Source: Antedon mediterranea (taxonomy: Eukaryota > Animalia > Echinodermata). From it: DNA of 64,000 nucleotides. Of this stretch, positions 56,250-64,000 are shown one piece after another; position 1 is the first letter of the stretch; each line of letters opens with the position of its first letter. Location: NCBI RefSeq assembly GCF_964355755.1, contig NC_092680.1, positions 4,588,001 through 4,652,000 on the forward strand. The letters run 5' to 3'. The position numbers and the translations under genes were made by a program. Under the pieces are notes generated by a model. That model was not told the origin of the DNA, ran no database searches, and was given only the letters and a program-made list of their open reading frames with translations.

Positions 56250-59243
56250 ATGGAACGTAAAACACTGAATTACTTGAGAGGATGTACTGAATCTTTCAAG
56301 CGAAGTTTTAATTTGCGAGTTTTAGCAGATGATTCCGAAATTAAAGAAACTTACAAAACAGCTCAAGAAAAAGGAAAAGTAACTTTTAACAGAACTAAAG
56401 TTCTTATTCTGGGTGATCATGATGCCGGAAAAACCTCGACTTGCAGGCGTCTACAAGGAAAAGATTTTCGATCAGAAGAGCCTAGTACAATCGGAATAGA
56501 AACAAACACTGTTGAGACAAACGTTAGTGATGTTAATAGCAAATGGTGTGAGGTGACAACCACTCCATTAGAAGACTATGAAAGTTCAGCAGCGTGGTGG
56601 ACAGTATCTCGTGTGCTCAAACAGGATAAACCTAAGGATAAGTTAAAGGAAAATAATACGTCTGAAAATGATACACGTCCTTTGATCCGAAAAGTATTAC
56701 AGGACACATATTACCTAATGTTTTATATTATGCCTATGACAGTAATGTTTTGTTTTGGTGGACTTACATTTGGATTCGGGCCAGTTGCATGGTTTTATAT
56801 AATTTGTCTTTCGGTATTTTGTGATTTTCACAGTGCCTATCGCTTTGGCTGTGGTTGTACTATATGTATGGTACTCATAGATAGTGCTACACATTTTAGC
56901 CAACAACATGTCATACAATTTAATTTACAGATTTACGTAATGGCTATAACAATTGTCTGCATGTATGGACTGGGGTCGTTCCTTGTTGGTGTGCTTATGA
57001 CTACAGGTGGAAGGACTGGCATCTGTATAGCTTTGTGTTGCATGATACATCCAAACCATATGACAATATCCCTCGAAGTCTTACTAGAACACTTATCTAA
57101 GATGTTTTACAGTATGAAATATTTAGAGTTCACAATTTATGGAGTTACTATATTGACCATTTTTAGGATAATTCACACAAAAACAATATCGCTTAGTCTA
57201 CGAAATGTGATAATTGTATTGCTACTTAATATCATGCTTATAACAGCAGCGATATATTTAGGAAGGCACAATTTTGTTGACATTTTTACATTATTATTTT
57301 TTATTTTTACCTTGTTTTTCTTAATGTGTGGGCTAATAATAGGAAGAAAATTAGTGGCGTATGGATATATCCCCCAACAATACCTTTTTAAAAAGTCTAT
57401 TGGGTTTATTGCTGGAATATATATTGGCAAAATGTGTGGTTGGGAAATTGGCAATTTTAACCATCTAAGTATATCAGAGAAAGATCATAGCCTCTCTATG
57501 TCAAGTTTGTTGACATTTATTGCCCCGATGGGGGGGTTTATTATCTACGAATGGTTTTCTTACATGAAAGTAAAATCGACGTCATCGATACCAATTGTGC
57601 ATATCAGAAAATCAATGGAAGCAGATCTACGAAACGAATGTTCAATTGACGCAAGACTAAGTTTATGGGATTTTGCAGGACAAGAAATGTACTATAATAC
57701 ACACCACCTGTTTATGCCAAAGCAAGGCGTATACTTGGTTGTTTTCAATGCCTTAGAGGCGATTTCTAATCCTGGTAGACACATTAAACGGCTACAATTC
57801 TGGTTACAATCTATTGCTATGCATGTTGATATTGAGAATGCTGTAGTGTTTCTTGTAGGAACAAGAAGAGGAAGTGTACGTGATGCAAATGCTTTTTCCA
57901 CTTTTGATAAATTTGTGAATGCACATCTTTACAAAAGGTTTTCGAAATTGCTTGCTTTTCATCCAAGTGGACAACTTTGCTTTTTTATTGAAAACGCATT
58001 CAACTTTGATAAAGAGCTTAACATCTTACGAGAAAGGATATATAATGAAGTAACAAAATTGAAATATTTTTGCGAAATGTTTTCTGTAAAATACCTATTA
58101 TTTAAAAATACTTTAAATGGATTTCGACATAGACAATGTATTATTGCGAGTGTAAAAGATATTGAAAATGAATTAATGTTAACAAGCAAAATCTTTGTGA
58201 AATATGAGGTGCGTCAACTTCTGAATTTCTTTGATAAATCTGGAGATATCATATACAATGAACTTGATGAACTGCTTCAGAATTATGTTGTTTGTGATCC
58301 TCAGGTATTAATAGACATTCTGAAATTATTAGTGAATGTACCTAAACCACACAGAAGAAACAGAGCCGTGTCTGACCTTTGGCAAAGATTACAAGAAACT
58401 GGGATTGTTGATAGTAGACTTATGGAACACATTTGCCGAAATAAAGGAATTTGGAGAGTTTATCCTTATGTTATTCGGTACTTGGTAGGAACACAGTTGA
58501 TATTTCCACTTACAATAACCAATCAAGTTGATCAAGTTGGAACATTTTATCTTCCTTGCAAATTGCCCAAACATAATTTACACGGTGAATTTGATTCTAA
58601 TCATACTTCGAATATATTTTACTTCGATTTTGGTGAAGTTTTACTAGAATTTATATTTCTTCGACTTATTGCAAAATGCTGCCAAGTTTTTGATTGGCTT
58701 GAGGTCAATTATGACTTTGCACATTTCAGAGCAAGTGAAACATGTTTGTTTCAAATAAACACTGAAACAGTTTCTTCGGGCAGTATTTTTTTATACGATA
58801 GAAATCTCATCAAACTTTCAGTTTTAAAGGAAATACCGAGTCAGTCAGTTAATATCTTACAGAAAATGCATACTTTCATTGAAGAAATAATCCTACAAAC
58901 CTTTAATCCCGAAAACTTTCATGATCAGTACCTTTTTGGTTCAGTATGTGAAAGATGTAGTTCTTTGGATGGAGCAATGTGTTTGGTTAATCTTGTTGGA
59001 ATAAATAACGATGCATCGAATGAATACAGAGTAGATAAATATCACAAAGTGTACCACAAACCAAAGGTAATTACATGGTTATTTTACCTAAATGTGCTTT
59101 AATTAGTTATCTTGGTTAGTAGTGAGTAACGCCATAGTTAATTGATTTAGTTTTTGTTTTTAATTTTATTTATACTAATTTGCTTTATAAATTCTTTTAT
59201 TTTGCAGTTCAGTTTAAAATGCTGTAGACCAACCTTCACCTAG
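56250..59243 (+). CDS. R9: TM-Roc-COR paralog (~950 aa); exons 56250-59066 and 59208-59243
   Basis: P-loop GDHDAGKTS, other motifs as in R1; donor AAG|GTAAT; last exon FSLKCCRPTFT*. Confidence 0.88.
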
Positions 59244-59302
59244 ACAACTGTTTGATATATTGATCAACCAAACGAGGCATGTATACAGTGTTGCATTAAA
59301 TA

Positions 59303-59688
59303 CAGGAGAATCCCTATTTAGGGAAACTGTCCACTTAATAGAGTTTTTTGCGGTGAAAAAACAAATTAATTGATCTGGACAAGACATTTTGACTAATGAT
59401 TAAAACTGTATCAGTCAACGTTTCACCAATGGAATTGTTATGAGATCCATTTTTGTATTATTATTGCTATAAATGACTAATTATTTAATCTGTTTTGTTG
59501 TTTTTGTGATGGAAAAAGAGCAAAACTAGGAGGTGAATCAACCATTTGGTTTCTCCGTTCCCTTAATAGGTTGTTCCCTCAGTAGGGGTTGGCCATGTGT
59601 TTCATATAAACATTTGCGCCTTGTTTCGAGTGAAAGTGTCCCTTAATATGGGTTTCCCCTGAATAGGGTGTCCAAGGAGGTTCTACTG
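59303..59688. mobile_element. Degenerate Tc1/mariner-like MITE; left part also downstream of R4 and R6-R8
   Basis: TA|CAGGAGAATCCCTATTTAGGG left end versus repeated CCCT(T/G)AATAGG motifs and GTTCTACTG right end. Confidence 0.4.
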
Positions 59689-60134
59689 TTCAATGTTAAA
59701 ATCCTAAGTGGGCCCACACTGGATAAATAGTGGTACCAGATAAATATGATTAATATTGTTAATGGTTAAGTTTCAATAGTAATACACCTATGCAAAAGAA
59801 AGAAATGTATTTTTCTTTTAACAATGGATAACCATGTCTTCGATGTTTATAATAAATATATAAATAATATTTCACTAATTTCAAATGACGCGTTGTATCG
59901 TAACGATTCTATTGTTCTAACTGTTAATTAAATCTAATAATGATATAAACATAGACAAACATATTTCAACTTTTAATTATTTTATAATAACGGTATATAA
60001 TAAGCCAAATTTTTAATAATGAAACTGAATATAAATTTTAACTACATTTTTAAATAGTTTTTTTTATATTTTAAACTGTATCCATACTGAATAATGTATC
60101 TATGTAACTTCTTGTCTGTTTTTTTATGTTTCTA

Positions 60135-60200
60135 TGTAAAGCGCCTTTGAGCATGTTTTTTCATGAAAAGGGCGCTATATAAATGTGGTATATTTTTATT
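60135..60200 (+). mobile_element. L2-type retroelement 3' terminus
   Basis: TGTAAAGCGCCTTTGAG...AAAGGGCGCTATATAAAT stem-loop typical of L2 LINE/SINE 3' ends. Confidence 0.55.
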
Positions 60201-60442
60201 ATTAACTAATTAAATAATATGCACAGTTATGAATGTTATCAATTGGTAATAATATAGATATTCAATTACATATTTTAAACTGAACAAGTAAGTCCAGTTG
60301 AACAGATTTAATTTAATTTTGGTAAAATGAACTTGCATATAAAAATTACTTTTCTATAAGATCATTCATGCAATATGTTTATTGTACTATCCATTTATAC
60401 ACTTCGCTAAATGAAACTCATTGTACATATACATAACAACAC

Positions 60443-61828
60443 ACGATACCAAACGATATACTCGTTATCAAACAATTATACTCGTTACCAAACGATATAC
60501 TCGTATACTCGTTACCAAACGATATACTCGTTACCAAACAATTATACTCGTTACCAAACGATATACTCGTTACCAAACGATATACTCGTTACCAAACGAT
60601 ATACTCGTTACCAAACGATATACTCGTTACCAAACGATATACTCGATACCAAACGATATACTCGATACCAAACGATATACTCGTTACCTAAAGATATACT
60701 CGTATACTCGTTACCAAACGATATACTCGTTACCAAACAATTATACTCGTTACCAAACGATATACTCGTTACCAAACGATATACTCGTTACCAAACGATA
60801 TACTCGTTATCAAACAATTATACTCGATACCAAACGATATACTCGTATACTCGTTACCAAACGATATACTCGTTACCAAACAATTATACTCGTTACCAAA
60901 CTATATACTCGTTACCAAACGATATACTCGTTACCAAACGATATACTCGTTACCAAACGATATACTCGTTACCAAACGATATACTCGTTACCAAACGATA
61001 TACTCGTTACCAAACGATATACTCGATACCAAACGATATACTCGATACCAAACGATATACTCGTTACCTAAAGATATACTCGTTACCAAACGATATACTC
61101 GTTACCAAACGATATACTCGTTACCTAAAGATATACTCGTTACCAAACGATATACTCGTTACCAAACGATATACTCGATACCAAACGATATACTTGTTAC
61201 CTAAAGATATACTCGTTACCAAACGATATACTCGTTACCAAACGATATACTCGTTACCTAAAGATATACTCGTTACCAAACGATATACTCGTTACCAAAC
61301 GATATACTCGTTACCTAAAGACTCGATACCAAACGATATAATCGTTACCAAACGATATACTCGTTACCAAACGATATACTCGTTACCAAACGATATACTC
61401 GATACCAAACGATATACGGTACTCGTTACCAAACGGTATACTCGTTAAGATATACTCGTTATCAAGAGATAACTCGTTATCAAGAGATATACTCGTTACC
61501 AAAATATATACTCGTTACCAAACGATATACTCGTAACCAAACGATATACTCGTTACCAAACGATATACTCGTTACCAAACGATATATACGTTACCAAACG
61601 ATATACTCGTAACCAAACGATATACGGTACTCGTTACCAAACGATATACTCGTTACCAAACGATATATACGTTACCAAACGATATACTCGTTACCAAACG
61701 ATATATACGTTACCAAACGATATACTCGTTACCAAACGATATATACGTTACCAAACGATATACTCGTTACCAAACGATATATACGTTACCAAACGATATA
61801 CTCGTTACCAAACGAGTATATCGTTTGA
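60443..61828. repeat. ~1.4 kb minisatellite, 19-bp unit TACTCGTTACCAAACGATA, ending in an inverted unit
   Basis: About 70 tandem units with variants; ends AAACGAGTATATCGTTTG (reverse orientation). Confidence 0.95.
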
Positions 61829-64000
61829 AATGTATGTAGACCGCGCTAAAGAGGTTTCGTTCTACCTGAGAATATTTTAAGACCATAATTGAATTTGTAC
61901 ATAGTTAATAGTATAAGTTGTTCTGCAAATCAATTATATTGTTTATTATACTCATCGCATTGTAAATTTGCTGAAACGGCTTATCTAATAAAATGTAAAT
62001 CATTTCATCTGGGTTTAGTTTTACTATTCAATGTGACTTACCTTGTCAGCTGGGGTTCTATTGTTAGCATCTGATCATTTTAAAAATATGCACAATCTGG
62101 TATTTTCCATTGGCAATGTTCATCATTACTTTCATTGCTCGTTTTTCCTTATTCAGTTGCGTATTTTCCACGTAGGCCTATCTCATCTGCTCATATTTAG
62201 CTCACATAATTTTCTTCTCCAAAGACCTTTTTAAACCTATATTTTCAGTTTATCACGCATATAAAACACGAAAACAATCACTATTTTGAACCTCTCTTTA
62301 GCAGTGTTTTCGCGGGTTGTTATACACGTCACATTATCTAGAGACACTTCTGGTTTATGTACCGCAGTGAGTAGTATGCAATTACCGTGCCAGTTCATGA
62401 AGATAAACCTGTCTTTAGTCATTGGGACCAAGTCGAAAAATATTTCGGTCATACTGGATTCGTTCCCTCAAGATGACGTTCATGAATATGCATATTTATG
62501 ACGTAACGATGAATTACGTAATAAAGCGCGTAAAAATAGACTATTACCAGCTGTTCAAGTACTTTACGGCGTAACGGGAAATGCTCGGTCTTGAGAACCG
62601 TCAGCTCTAGCTTGGGTTCGAATCTCAACGGATTTTTTTTAGTTGAAAATAAATATTGTTTTTCTTTTATTTAGAATGAGAGATATTTAGATTCAGGAAA
62701 TGTCAGGCCTAGGCCTAAACAATTTCCTTTATATTGGGGTGGGGGATGCGCGCTGCCGGCCTTCTCACCTGCATTATAAGACGATACAACATGGCTACAC
62801 ATTAAACTGTTCTATTGGCATCAACTTTATTGTCAATGTATTCCATGAAATAACCAAAATTTCAATTACAAAATTAGTATATAATGCAAATACAATAACG
62901 TAATGTGTAAGTACATGGAAAAGGTATTTAAATACGTTTACTATAAATTTAAGCACTCTTAAAGTACGGGTTCAGAAAGCTAATCAATTGTAAAAGGATG
63001 CCATGCAATAATTATGTTACTGACAATCACTACAAAATAATAAATAAATAGGAATAATAATACATCTAGGTTTTACAGCTGCGTCGGATTCGGATTGCGG
63101 CAACGGATAGAGGGCGCTTATACGAACCGACTAAGACTACTGTAATGGTTTGATTTTTTTTTAATCTACTCCAAAGAAAGGGCTTTATTGTAGTATTCCT
63201 CAAATATGCTTCTAATATTAGATAACATGCATTAGTAGGTGACAGCATTTTAATATATTAAACACTTGAGAAGGTATATACATTGAAGATATAGTAGAAA
63301 GTTAAAGCAATTCTAATTCGTACCAATAGGCCAGAAGTTAAGAGAAAATCTATTTGGCTATTTACACTTTCGTTGAGAATAAAAACATCACTATTGTGCC
63401 TATAAAAATAAAGCGTCTATGAATGGTGTGTCAATGACTTTTCTAAACAGTCTCAATTGCATCACTGTTGTGTTTCTATATATTAACTCACTTGGATTAT
63501 TAAACGTAATAAACAATATTTCTATAATTATTTCTATAATATAGTATAAATTAAAATAAACTAAATATTAAAGTATTTCTGTTTCTGTAAAACTACATTT
63601 TGGAATATTCATCTAAATATACTCTATATAACGTAGATTGTTTTAAAGAATCTCTTTTTGAAGTCGGACTAAGAAAAAATGCTTTATATTTACAAAAAAA
63701 AAATCTTGATAAACATAGTTTGTATTATCAGAGAAAGCTTTTTTCTGGTTAAGGAACGGATGTACTCAGTCTGGATGTACTGTGACATCAGGCTCGTCAT
63801 TCAAATATATCGTTTGACAACTCTAACCATAATTATTATATTTTTTTAATTGGTACAAATGTTTTACCCGTAGTTTTAATCAACTCAAAGAAACGCAATG
63901 CAAAATTTGTTAAAAACAATGGATTTTTTTCTCAGAATGTTTTTTTTTCTGAAACTGTACACATCACATTGCATTAATAAGTTTAAAGCGAATCTTATCC

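Noticed and set aside
60411-61448. 345-aa and 216-aa repetitive ORFs / possible CRISPR array
   Set aside because: Products of a 19-bp minisatellite; no unique spacers and no cas genes, in a eukaryotic context.

Overview
AT-rich eukaryotic DNA, most likely from an invertebrate animal (inferred from GT-AG introns plus Helitron, HINE, Harbinger, L2 and SINE debris; the species cannot be determined here). It is dominated by a head-to-tail (+ strand) tandem array of 10 paralogous ROCO-family genes (Roc GTPase + COR), named R0-R9 here: 6 apparently intact (R1, R2, R3, R6, R8, R9), 2 pseudogenes (R4 frameshifted; R7 Helitron-disrupted plus a nonsense codon), one 5'-deleted fragment (R5) and one copy cut by the window edge (R0). 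The striking feature is that the Roc GTPase is split. About 395 aa separate the switch-I Thr (STIGIE) from the G3 motif (WDFAGQ), compared with 22 aa in Ras, and this gap holds roughly 8-10 hydrophobic membrane-spanning segments. No LRR, ankyrin, kinase or death domain is visible. The membrane module varies strongly between paralogs while the GTPase core is nearly invariant. Each gene is one ~2.8 kb coding exon plus a tiny terminal exon missed by the ORF track. That exon encodes a class I PDZ-binding tail (QTSV/QTSL/QTTV) in R0-R2, while a shared CAG>TAG change removes the tail in R4 and R6-R9. I read this as a candidate, possibly undescribed, family of diversifying membrane-embedded ROCO GTPase receptors or sensors; the function is inference only.
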